A stretch of DNA of 64,000 nt from Eledone cirrhosa (Eukaryota). Position numbers and translations under genes: made by a program. Within the stretch, counting starts at the first letter, position 1; every line of letters begins with the position of its first letter. This document shows positions 25,355 to 39,026 of this stretch, piece by piece. The stretch spans positions 4,340,001 through 4,404,000 of the forward strand of contig OZ024758.1 in NCBI GenBank assembly GCA_964016885.1, given 5' to 3'. The notes below the pieces were generated by a model, which saw only the letters and a program-made list of their open reading frames with translations, was not told the DNA's origin and searched no databases.

Positions 25355-26445
25355 TACTGATACCCACACACATATGTATATATTTATAAATATATATATA
25401 CACACATACACACACATATATACATACACACATTCACAAACACACATACATTCATACACATATGCATGAAGGCCAGCAAACATACACATCCACGCACACA
25501 AACACACCTGAATCCCTGCATATATACATATCAATACATTTATATATATATATTTGTTTAGAATAGACATTTTGTTTTTCTTTCAGAATACATTCTCTCT
25601 TTCTCATTATATTCTTTACTGTTTGTGAGAAATACTGCTATTTTTTCTCAGTAATTTTTTTTAGATGATTTTACGCCCGCTCAATCTGTTGTACGCTGAC
25701 TTTTCTTCTAAATAACCTCTTTACTAGATATACACTAGCTGATGGCTATCTTAGTTTCAAGAATTTTCTTCTCGTTTTCTTTTGTTAATATTTTTACTCT
25801 ACCTTGATTTTTTTTCCTCTATATTCTTTTCTTTTTATTCTGCTTCTTCCGAATACCAAGACATGGTGAATGCTTGGTTCCAATTCGATTTAGTTCCACC
25901 CTAGAGCGGCACACTTAAGAGGATCACTGACGAAAACATTCATTGATTACAAAGGATTTAGGTAAGGTTTGTTTTTTTTCTACTGTTCTAAGTTAGTTGA
26001 ATGATTTGTACTTATTGTTGCTCTTTGTGGGGTGGGGGCAATGTTGCTTACTTGTGTGTGTACATATGTGTATATGTTCATTGTTGAATGTTTGCATGCC
26101 TCTGTGTGTGAGTGTTTCTGTGGGAGTGTGCGGAAGTGTGTTTTTTTGTGCGTTCATTTGTCGAGGCACGTGTCTCTGTATAAATATATTTTACAATTAG
26201 TATATGAGGAACTGTTTGTTAGGTTTTGTAGATGTATCTATGCACACACACACACTCATGTGTATGTATATGTATATATATACTCTTATATATACATATA
26301 TATATATATACATACTCATATATACATATATATATATACACATACATATATACACACATATATATATATACACATACATATATACACATACATATATGCA
26401 CACGCATATATACACACATATATAGATAGATACATACATATATAT

Positions 26446-27331
<886 letters not shown>

Positions 27332-27365
27332 TATACATACATACATACATACATACATACATACA

Positions 27366-27401
<36 letters not shown>

Positions 27402-27573
27402 TATATATAAAGAGAATGATAAAAAAGGGTTTCAACAACGATTTTCAAACACCATGTTAAAAATCATTCTCAGATAAGTAGAATGATTTTTAAAAAAGCG
27501 TTTGAAAAGGGTTTTTCAAACCGTTTTTTATCATTCTCCTTGTGTAATGTATAGAACGCCCACACATTTTTCC

Positions 27574-27614
<41 letters not shown>

Positions 27615-28271
27615 ATGCCTATGTTTGGTTCTTTGTTTTCGTGTGTATGCATGTCTTTGTTTTTGAACGTGGCTGAGTGCAGTTCTTTACAATAAGTTTG
27701 TTTCTTTTTTTATTATTTTCGTACGTTTACGAATTCGCGGTCTTGAAATTATGGTCTTTTTTTATTTCGGCATTTTAAAACATCATTCCATACAATCATA
27801 GATTTTCTTTCCTCACCAATTTGAAAACATAATTTATGAGATATGATTTTTCTTGTTTGTCAGTGATGTTGTGAGTTTGTGTGCGTTTGCGTGTGTGAGG
27901 TGCACGTGTCCCTGGAATTTTACCGACCTCCTCATTTGAAAACATACTGAATGTGCCGCCGCAGCACACGAATTATCTCGTTGAACCTTACCGTCCGGTT
28001 CATCAAGCTCATGTTATCATGTAACCTCTACTAATACTACTTTAGTCAGCGATTAATATTATTTTAGAATCAAGAAGCACGGAATGAACAATATTAACTA
28101 ATAGTTTCCATCCATATAAACAAAGAAAAGTCGGAATGAATGAAATAGATTCAAAAAGGTTTTGTGACTTGTTAGAAGTAACAAATCACACTGTGCCTTA
28201 ATAAATTATATTGTAATAAGGGATTCTTAAATACATTGTCTCTAACTGAAATGAAATTGGATAGGCATAGC

Positions 28272-28725
28272 TAGAATGAGCAGCTCAACATTGCCAAATT
28301 TAGACCAATTACATCAATTGTCAAGTCAAGAGTACTCAAACTATACGGCCATTTAAAAAGATCAACTCGTGGTGTGAGTAGGTTATGCCTGGAAGGAAGG
28401 TTCTCTGGTAAGAGAAGCAGAGGCCGGCAACAAAAACGATGGCTTGATAATGTCAACTTATGGACTGGACTTGATCTTTGCTCTTTAAACTCTGCTGCTG
28501 GTGATCGAAAGATATTATATATTCCTGGAAGGAAGGTTGGCTGGTAAGAGAAGCAGAGGCCGGTAGCCAAAATGATGGCTTGATAATATCAACTTATGGA
28601 CTGGACTTGATCTTTGCTATTTAAACTCTGCTGTTGGTGATCGAACTTTGTGTAGAAAAATCTCATGTTGATGCGCAGTCTGAAACTGGCAGACTTTAGC
28701 GCCAAAGGAACTAGAATTAGAATAC
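28272..28725 (+). mobile_element. RTE-clade LINE 3' fragment with internal tandem duplication (~28388-28509 repeated at ~28523-28646)
   Basis: Translates RVLKLYGHLKRS...LEGRFSGKRSRGRQQKRWLDNV...AAGDR; ends in AGAATT repeats. Confidence 0.8.
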
Positions 28726-29962
28726 CTTGATTAAAAATTCGTGGTGATGACAATTCTATCAGAGCTATTTATGTATTTATTTCAATTCTTTCTCTTTAGA
28801 AATTTATTCTTTCAGTTACAATAAGAAGACGAGATACTTTATTTTCATGAGAAATTTAGTGAATGCAATTGCTACAATTTTCTCTGAATTGATGAAAAAC
28901 TTAAAGTCGAAATTGGGGAATTTTATCACTATGAAGATTATTACTATACCAGTTTCGTACGGTGCTGATTGTTGTAGAATCTACACTGTAGATAAATCGC
29001 AAATAATGAGGCTTGAGCAAGATTGTTATTGCAATTTTCTATTCTAAATACTTTCCATTTAATTTGGATTACATGAATTTTTTCAACACGCTGACGTATA
29101 TATGCATATCTGTGTGTGTATGTGTGCCTATGTGCATATACATATATTTATATGCATCAGTATAATAATATAAATGTGCAAACACAGACACACTTAGAAT
29201 AATACACACTCACAGACACGAACACATTTACACAAACACACATACACATTTACTCAAACACACACACTCATATACACATTTACACAAGCACACACACATA
29301 TATATATCCACATTTACACAAACACAAATACATATATACATACACTCACACATAGCGTAGAATAGAGAACACAAGCCGCTTTTTTTTTTGTTTTTGCTAT
29401 AGTTTTTACCTTCCTCTCTTTTTACACACACATACATTCACACAAACACACACACAAGCACACACAGAAACACACACTGTGTGACGGACGGAAACCGATC
29501 AAATTTAGATTTATTGTGCTATTCTAACAATATATTCTAAAGTATTGTGTCACATGACTCGGATCTATTAAAGAAAAGATTATTATTATTATTGTTATTA
29601 TTATTATTTCGCCTATTTTAAAATCTTCATCCTATCATTACAAATGTTTAATTATAACTAGTTTGCTTACAAACTGACGGTCACACATTCAGACAAGTAC
29701 ACATGTTTACCTAAGTAAACACATTCTTATTTGCAAAGCGAATTGCATGCATATACACACACATATTCATAACTAGACATGCGCATGCCAAAAACATATA
29801 TATAGATAGACATATATGTATTACAATTATATATGCATATATAAAGACATATACATACACATGCATACATGTATATATATGTATACATACATGTATATAT
29901 ATATGTATATATGTATGATTATATGTATACATGAATGTATCTATGTGTATATATATATATAG

Positions 29963-30003
<41 letters not shown>

Positions 30004-30346
30004 TATATAATTGTAATACATATAAAATGTCATATATATATATATATTAATATATATATGGATTTGGTGGTTTTGTCTTCGCGTTCAGGGCACTGCAGTG
30101 CGCACACTAATATTGCCTTGCCCAAAACACAGTGCATATAAATACAATAATACAATAGAATACGCTATATTTATCTTCAGTATATACAAAGGCACACTGC
30201 AGAAAAATAGGAGATCTATAGAATGTTTTTTTTTAAATGTCTTATTTATTTGTTCTTGTCCATATTCAAACAAGACCAGATAATGTTTTTCTCCCTACCT
30301 TCAGAATGTTACTTGTAGCTTGCCACAATATTCAAGTGTTTGACTT

Positions 30347-31029
30347 GGGCAGTGGATTGGCAGTATCGGTAGAGGGTGGACGCCATGCTTCGACGCATAG
30401 AGTTACGGCCCTTGCCATTCTGAGTTCAAATCCCGCCGAGGTTGACTAGGGCAGTGGATTGGCAGTATCGGTAGAGGGTCGGACACCATGCTTCGATGCA
30501 TAGAGTTACGGCCCTTGCCATTCTGAGTTCAAATCCCGCCGAGGTTGACTAGGGCAGTGAATTGGCAGTATCGGTAGAGGGTCGGACGCCATGCTTTGAC
30601 GCATAGAGTTACGGCCCTTGCCATTCTGAGTTCAAATCCCGCCGAGGTTGACTAGGGCAGTGGATTGGCAGTATCGGTAGAGGGTCGGACACCATGCTTC
30701 GATGCATAGAGTTACGGCCCTTGCCATTCTGAGTTCAAATCCCGCCGAGGTTGACTTTGCCTTTCATCCTTACGGGGTCGATAAAATAAAGCACCAGTAA
30801 TACACCGGGTAATTGCTGGCCTTGTGCCAAAAGTAGAAACAATTATTATCATCGTCAGTAGAGGGTTGGACGCCATGCTTTCTAGCAAAGTTACGTCCCT
30901 TTACGGTTTGAGTTCAAATCCCGTCGAGGTTAATTTTGCCTTTCATCTTTACGGGGGTCGATAAAATAAAGTACCAGTAATGTACTAGGATAATTGACGG
31001 CCTTGTGCCAAAATTAGAAATAATTATTA
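30347..31029 (+). mobile_element. SINE array: four ~103-bp head units (30347, 30449, 30552, 30655), the last continuing as a full SINE to ~30848, then another SINE at 30857-31029
   Basis: Direct repeats GGGCAGTGGATTGGCAG...GAGGTTGACT. Confidence 0.95.
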
Positions 31030-31234
31030 TCATCATCACCATCATAAACAGCAACCTTTACGTTATCATCATCATCAGTACCATCATCGTCATTATAACT
31101 ACTACTACCACTCCTACTACTACCACTACTACTACAACAAGAGTCGTACATGTTTATATGTAATTTGCGTTTGCAATTTTATAACATTTTTATAACAATT
31201 TATGGTATTTTTATTACATTCTTGTTTGATGGAA

Positions 31235-31846
31235 GAGGCGGGGGGGGGTATGAAGATGAGGTGAATGAGGGGGTGGGGATAGGAGAAGAGGAGGAATTAG
31301 GAGGAAGAGGAGAAATATGGAGATGAAGATGAGGGGGTAGGAGGGGGTAGGAGGGGCGAGGAAGAGGAGGAAGTTGGAGATGAAGATGAGGAGGGGGATA
31401 GGAGGGGGAGGAAGTTGAGGAAGGGAAGGGAGTTGGAGATGAAGGTGAGGAGGAGGGGGAGGGTGATGTCCGCATCTAAGGATGAAATAAATGATGGAGA
31501 TGATTAGCAGGATGGTGATAATAATGATACGGATGCTGTTGATGATGGTGATGACAGGTATGTTGATGATGATGATGAACATGATGATGATGATGATGAT
31601 GATGATGGCGAGAAGTATAGGTATAAGGAAGTGTAGTTATAAAGAGAGTAGGAGGAGAGATTTGTTTGCATGCTCTGTTTATGACGATGATAATGATGAT
31701 GTTGGTAATGGTAATGATGACAGTGCTGATGATGGATATGATGATGATGATGATGATGACAATAGGTATAGATATAAAGATAGTGTAGTTATGAAGCTAG
31801 TAGTAGTATTAGTAAGAAAGACATATTTCCCTCTCTATTCCTCATA

Positions 31847-31878
<32 letters not shown>

Positions 31879-31880
31879 AA
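31235..31880. repeat. Purine-rich GGA/GAG tract followed by (GAT)n
   Basis: Direct reading. Confidence 0.85.
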
Positions 31881-32035
31881 TTAACACTACCATCATTAGT
31901 AAAAACATTATACAATTCATTGCCATGACAATGGCTATACAGCCGGTATTTTAACTTATTTCTTTATTTTATTTATTTTTATCATATTATTATCATATTT
32001 TTGTTATTTTTGGGGGGGTTGTTATTTTTTCAAAA

Positions 32036-32318
32036 TGTTTTTGTTAGTGTTTTTGTTAGTGTTTTTGTTAGTGTTTTTGTTAGTGTTTTTGTTAGTGTTT
32101 TTGTTAGTGTTTTTGTTAGTGTTTTTGTTAGTGTTTTTGTTAGTGTTTTTGTTAGTGTTTTTGTTAGTGTTTTTGTTAGTGTTTTTGTTAGTGTTTTTGT
32201 TAGTGTTTTTGTTAGTGTTTTTGTTAGTGTTTTTGTTAGTGTTTTTGTTAGTGTTTTTGTTAGTGTTTTTGTTAGTGTTTTTGTTAGTGTTTTTGTTAGT
32301 GTTTTTGTTAGTGTTTTT
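32036..32318. repeat. Perfect 12-bp minisatellite (TGTTTTTGTTAG)n, ~23 copies
   Basis: Direct reading. Confidence 0.95.
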
Positions 32319-32489
32319 TAATAATTATTTTAGCTTACTATGATTTATTTTCCGTCTCAATCTTGTATTGTTATAGAGATCAGTTTTATATTCCAGCGCC
32401 AGAATAACACGGAGCTTTCGTGGGTTAGATAAAATATAGTAAAAGAATAAAAAGTGTGCATCTTGCAACAAAAGCTATATTGATGATAG

Positions 32490-32521
<32 letters not shown>

Positions 32522-32729
32522 TATATATCTGTATGAGTATACATGTATGTATGTACGAGTATAGATTTATCTATCTATATCTAATAATATATACGTGTAT
32601 GTGTGCATGTTTACATGTATATATATATATATATGTGTGTGTGTATACATACACACATACACGTATATGTTATTAGATATAGATAGATAAACCTATACTC
32701 GTACATACATACATACATATATAGATATA

Positions 32730-33057
32730 TACAAATATATATATATATATATACAAATATATATATATATATAAACAAATATATATATATATATAAACAA
32801 ATATATATATATATATAAACAAATATATATATATATATAAACAAATATATATATATATATAAACAAATATATATATATATATAAACAAATATATATATAT
32901 ATATAAACAAATATATATATATATATAAACAAATATATATATATAAACAAATATATATATATATATATATATAAACAAATATATATATATATATATATAT
33001 AAACAAATATATATATATATATATATATATAAACAAATATATATATATATATATATA

Positions 33058-33100
<43 letters not shown>

Positions 33101-33145
33101 GGAGAGTAACGTCATGTAACTGTAGGTTCAAATGTATTTATATAA

Positions 33146-33196
<51 letters not shown>

Positions 33197-33214
33197 TATA
33201 TATATAGAGAAATA

Positions 33215-33267
<53 letters not shown>

Positions 33268-33319
33268 ATATATATATACATACATACACACACACATATA
33301 TATAGAAAGAGAGAGAGAA

Positions 33320-33350
<31 letters not shown>

Positions 33351-33516
33351 TATATTGAATACTGTTGGCTTCTTGCTACAATAATCTCTATACTTTTCAT
33401 TTATATATATATATATATATATATACATACACATATATATACATATATATACACACACATATATATATATAGAGAGAGAGAAAAATATATATATACATAC
33501 ACACACACACACACAC

Positions 33517-33585
<69 letters not shown>
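32730..33585. repeat. AAACAAAT(AT)n minisatellite and adjoining (TA)n blocks
   Basis: Direct reading. Confidence 0.9.
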
Positions 33586-33588
<3 letters not shown>

Positions 33589-33846
33589 GTGTATCTATTT
33601 TCCTTTTCAAACCCGATCTGAATGAATATACGTAGATTCAAAGGTTCGCTCTTTCCAGAGATAAACGTAAATATCCTTCTCTGTGTGTGTTGTCCTATTC
33701 ATATGATCACGAATATATCTAATGTGACAGAAAATAAAATACCTATGAAACTGTACTATTAAAAGAATTCATAAAACCTACACTAAATTCATTACACTTG
33801 CACTGCACATATAAAGATTACTTTTAGTATGTAATAATGGACTTGC

Positions 33847-33894
<48 letters not shown>

Positions 33895-34011
33895 TTGAGA
33901 AGTTTGATTGTGTTTCATACAGTACAATTCCTGCAGTTGTTCGAATGTGAAATAAATTGTAAACTTGATCTAGTGGTATATATATATATATATAAAGAAA
34001 TGAATAACAAT

Positions 34012-34063
<52 letters not shown>

Positions 34064-34068
34064 AAGAA

Positions 34069-34170
34069 ATGAATAACAATATCGGTTTCAACACACGTTT
34101 TCAGATAAAGAATCTTGCTAAACAAATTCAGAAACGAAATGAATATAGTTTTTTGCAAATAAAATATTAA
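34069..34170 (+). mobile_element. PLE tail/ORF-start fragment
   Basis: Encodes NNIGFNTRFQIKNLAKQIQ, versus NNICFDTRFHIKNLAKLIH at 11106-11188. Confidence 0.65.
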
Positions 34171-34760
34171 ACAAATTATAAAGGTAGATGGAGAATTTAA
34201 ACACAGCTGAAAATAGAGTAATTTATAATAAAATCAATACAATAGGCACACACACATACACACATTATATATATATAAATTTGTTAAAGTTCACGGCGGT
34301 CATCAAATTTCGTGCATTGTAAACGGGTTAGAAATACACACAAAAAAAAAGAAATGTCGACATGCTATGCCTTATTGGATAAATGCCATGTTTTCTCACA
34401 ACCCAAACTCAATGTATATATTGAACACAATTCTGAGAGAGGCTTGAGATTGGTAATTCAAGTAAGGTATACTCACCATGTTTCCACACTTAATGTTCTT
34501 CTATCTAATCTCAGTCTTCGGTCCATAGATATATCTAACCCGTCTTCCGTAAAATACAATTCTTGTAAAAGCCTGGATCATAAACCCTTAAACTCATATA
34601 CTGTATGTGAATATATATGTGATTAAGTGAATGGTTATATACTGTAAACGTGATGTACATTTATGTCGGTGGTGTGCGGGTTAGTCTACATATGTTCATA
34701 TATTCAACGTCCTATTTTTAGTATGAGTAAGCATTGTGTGCTTGTGTGTGTGTATATATT

Positions 34761-34799
<39 letters not shown>

Positions 34800-35178
34800 G
34801 TATATGAGTAAACAAAGTCAATTGATAATTTAGCGTAAAGTGTGGTGATAGAAATAGATAGGGACCTGCATTTTTCAGAATTAAGATGGGTTTCTTACTT
34901 CTGTCTGTGGAATCTTTATGTCATTAGGGTCTTAGTAAAGTGCAAAAGGAAAGAAGTAAGCAGTTTTGAAAATATAACGTTCTTTACCTCTGTATTTCTA
35001 TCTCGCAGCAATAGTACACCTCCACATACATAGATATACACAGACCTGCACACACATTCATTCATATATACACATACATACATTCATATAAATATATATA
35101 TATATACATATATATACATATATATACATACATATTCCAATTCGCCCGTCCCTTCAATCTATCTTATTTCCCATATTT

Positions 35179-35214
35179 TCTTCTGATGAAGGACTAGCGT
35201 CCGAAACGTTAAGA
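35179..35214 (+). ncRNA. Minimal hammerhead ribozyme motif in a dispersed repeat (~35140-35290)
   Basis: TCTT-CTGATGA-A-GGAC(TAGC)GTCC-GAAA-CG-TT-AAGA; stem I TCTT/AAGA; palindromic AACGTT. Confidence 0.8.
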
Positions 35215-35545
35215 CCCTCTTCCTACTATTTCAAGCGTTAACCTAATATACTCCTTCCATAAACTGTACCAATTGTGTTATTTCTGTTTACACACACAGG
35301 TATATATAATATATATAGCAGCATAAATATGTGCACACTTAAAAGTTAATATAAGACTAACAGACAACTTCATATCTAACCATCCGACCATCTTTGATGA
35401 ATTTGCGCAGTATGGTAGAATTTTACTTGTAAGAAAGTATTGCCCAACAGATTGAGACGCATCTATGTAGATACGATGTTTGTTAGACAAGATCGCATTG
35501 AAAGTTGGCGAGAAATATGACAGGTGATATTTTCAAAAAAACAGG

Positions 35546-35559
<14 letters not shown>

Positions 35560-35580
<21 letters not shown>

Positions 35581-35826
35581 GCAAATATTGCGGCTATGGG
35601 AAATATACAATAGACTTGTAGACATAAAAATATGGCGTAAGACACAACAAAGAAGAGAAAGAAAATTAGTAATTGAGGTGTTCACAGAATGTGTGACGAA
35701 AGAACTTTGACAATGTATATACAACCAACCGGTTATCAAACCAGCCAACCGAAAATCTGTAATTGAAGTGAATACCAACAGGTGCATGTTTTTATTGGCA
35801 GGATGTCCTTCCCAAAGTATAACAAT
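35560..35826 (+). mobile_element. Diverged PLE terminal fragment
   Basis: Similar to 16150-16290 and ends CTTCCCAAAGTATAACAA then (TA)n. ATGGCGTA-GACA motif shared with 10835. Confidence 0.6.
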
Positions 35827-36019
35827 ATATATATATATTTCCATGACATCACAATATCCTTTTTCTTATGCCCTACTTTTTCATAGATACGTTAAAATAT
35901 TTCATTATGTGTTCCAACTCGTGTGAAACTAATGAGACTGTATCCGTATCTTTATATTTTACCTCACTATGTCAAACACCCAGTCTGGCTCGTGAAAAAT
36001 GTTCATTTCCTTGATTACA

Positions 36020-36236
36020 GATATATATTCGAAAACAGCGATGAACTGGACTCCGCCTGGCGGTAAACGTAGGCGGGGTTGCCCAAGGATCACCTGGCGA
36101 CGAACGTTCCGGAAGGATCTGATGGCAGCCAACATCACCTGGCACGGTCTCGAAAAATTTTCCGCTGATCGTCACCGTTGGCAAGTACTTAGTCCTCGGT
36201 GCGCCCAACGACGCGTAAGAATCTAAGACTAAGATA
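36020..36236 (+). mobile_element. RTE-like LINE 3' fragment
   Basis: AMNWTPPGGKRRRGCPRITWRRT...W...DRHRW then stop; CTAAGA tail repeats. Confidence 0.8.
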
Positions 36237-36296
36237 TATATAAAGAAAAACATTATTCGCATAAAATCTCTTTCAAGATATTCGAGAGGTTACTAA

Positions 36297-36484
36297 AATA
36301 ATTGTTTCTACTTTAGGCACAAGGCCAGCAAATTACCCAGTACATTACTGGTACTTTATTTTATCGACCCCGTAAGGATGAAAGGCAAAGTTAACCTCGG
36401 CGGGATTTGAACTCAGACTGTAAAGGGACGTAACTATGCTAGAAAGCATGGCGTCCAACCCTCTACCGATACTGCCAATTCACT
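36297..36484 (-). mobile_element. Major-family SINE
   Basis: Reverse complement of the consensus. Confidence 0.9.
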
Positions 36485-37210
36485 TACTAAAATAATGTGC
36501 TTAAAAAGATATTTATTTGAAGAACTGCACTAAAATAATTTTAAGCATTGCACATTGTAATTGATGAAATCTTTACAAATGTCAGAGCTTCAGATTTTAC
36601 CGAAACATAAATTGATAAATAAATAAATAAATAAAATAGATAAATAATTAAATAGATAAATTGCTAAAAAAAAAAAAATTTTAATTGAAAAACAATTTTT
36701 TTCGATATCTAAAGGCACAAGAGTTGGTATAAACGTAAAAAATGAGAAACCTATATGAGCATGCTGTAAAATTGAGATATAATTTATTAAAAGATAACGT
36801 CGTGAAAAAATAAATATAATTCATTCTCTGACAAAAAAAGTCAGGGTTCATGATATTTTCTAAGCTATTTATTGATATCTCTGTAGTACTTTATTGATTT
36901 TAAGTTGAAATGGATATCGTACATACATCATCAGTCTCTTTCTCGAACACACACACCCGTATGTATGTATGTATGTATGTATGTATGTATGTATGTATGT
37001 ATGTATGTATGTATGTATGTATGTATGTATGTATGTATGTATGTATGGGGGGGGGGGGGATTACGTGTCCCGGGTTCAATCGGTGGTAACCACAGTAAGT
37101 AAGGTACTCAAGAAATGGCTGCTACAGGGTGTTCGAATGAAACAGTTCCAGTCTTGTAGTCATGTAGAAGCCATTCCTATATTAAGCATATATATATCAA
37201 ATTAGTTAAC

Positions 37211-37252
<42 letters not shown>

Positions 37253-37788
37253 CTGTGCAAAGATGTGGAATTGCTTTTTCTAATAACTAACTTTTCACTA
37301 GCTTATCAATATGTGTTTGAGATAAGTTGGCTGAGAGCTTTTGGCGGCAGCGAAAATATTTATTTTCTAATCTCCTGCCACCACGTAAATTTGTAAATCG
37401 GTGGCTGGTCTGGGGACGGAGTTGTATCAGATTCCAGTTGCTAATCACTTTACTGTGTCGGGCGTCACATATGGTCATAGGCGGCATGGACTGGGTTTGA
37501 ACTCTGTCGATCGATTCGTTATTGATTAGGAGATACCCGGTGATGAACCCACATGCGCCAATTATGGATTGTTGCATAATATATGCAGACAGAGGGTGCA
37601 GTGCACCCTATTGCTGCAGTAAGTGTGGCTGAAACTCGAGTCCGGGAACTAATATAGACAGCCGTTTACGCGTGTTGTGTTGAAGCGAATAACTATGTGT
37701 ATACTCTGGAATATATTCTATATTATCTATTGAGTACGCTAAAATACAACCGGTGCTGGCATTGTTAAATACGCTGGGTCCGTCAACT

Positions 37789-37838
<50 letters not shown>

Positions 37839-38292
37839 CTGATTAAGCTCCAAATGTATAGACATATAGCTTTCCTTCTTTCAATCAGGTACCTAATATG
37901 ACTAGACTATCCTTTTCATTACATGAGAAAAGTATGAAAATATTTTTAAACCCATTCAGGGAATAATTAAATCCATGTTGGCTCCAGGCATGTAAAAAAA
38001 TTAAGAATAAAAAAATGATGTATCAATAAAGAAAATATAAAACAAGCATTAAAATTGAATATATCGGAAAACTGTATAAGTAAAGTTATAATTTACTGTA
38101 ATATATTTTATATGTATATTTATTAATGTAAAAGTCAAGTTTTGAGCCAAATATTTAATTAACATCCTGGTTAGTACCATCAACACCGATAAGTTGATAA
38201 CAACTAATTTCGACATCAAAATAACTTATCATATGAATGACAGTTGGCAGTTATATCCACCAGCTCCTGGAGACTACATAGAAATATCTACT

Positions 38293-38516
38293 TTAACCCT
38301 TCAGCATTTGAACCGGCCAAATCTGGACAGAATTATTTCACCTCTTTCTGTTCAAACGTCCATAACTGGTTGATCATACTTGCTAATGCTTTTTTCTCGA
38401 AATAAATAATGTCAAAATCTCATATTCGATTTGACGTGAGATAATTATGCAAGATAAAATGTTTACAGTGAAAATACAATACGAAATATGAAGTAAAGTA
38501 AATGCTAAATGGTTAA
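38293..38516. mobile_element. piggyBac-like MITE
   Basis: TTAA-CCCTTCAGCATTT ... AAATGCTAAATGG-TTAA: TIRs bounded by TTAA. Confidence 0.6.
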
Positions 38517-38859
38517 ACCAGCTTACAAGGGAAGTGTTGAAAGATTGGAATATCATGATTAGATTAATTATATTTGTCACATTAGTATTTCATTTGATAT
38601 TTAGGTTTTGAAAAATTATGTACATGTACATCTCTGTGAATGAGCAAATTTGCTCCGTGTATTCGATCTGTATTTTTGAAGAAACTGCCAAATCTCATTC
38701 AAATCATACTCTAAGATGGCGACGAAGAGGTATACCTTGGATAATATAGTCTAGGCTGCATCGTGGTTGATGACGGGTTAGGATGGCACTACTAGATTGT
38801 CTTTCATCAAAGATTTCCCTTAATAGAGTCTAAAGTCTGTCTCGCACCTGGGGACCCAA

Positions 38860-39026
38860 TTAGGTTAAATATCTAGTTATTAGTGCCGGTACACATTTTC
38901 AATTGAATATAATGGAGCAATGTGAAATGAAGTATTTTGCTCTATAACACAACACAGATCTCAGTCTCGGAATCGATTCCACGATATTATGATCCTAAGT
39001 CAAACACATTTACCACTAGGCCACGT
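38860..39026 (-). mobile_element. Degenerate copy of the second SINE family
   Basis: Minus strand: GTGGCCTAGTGGTAA...GTGTTGTGTTATAGAGCAAAATACTTCATTTCACATTGCTCC. Confidence 0.6.

Noticed and set aside
30347-30757. CRISPR-like or tRNA gene array
   Set aside because: No unique spacers and no cloverleaf; the units are SINE heads in eukaryotic DNA.
32036-32318. Interstitial telomeric repeat
   Set aside because: The unit lacks TTAGGG/TTAGG; it is a T-rich 12-mer.
37330-37625. GC-richer segment ending near GTAAGT as a candidate exon
   Set aside because: No frame gives a recognisable protein; cannot be distinguished from an old repeat.
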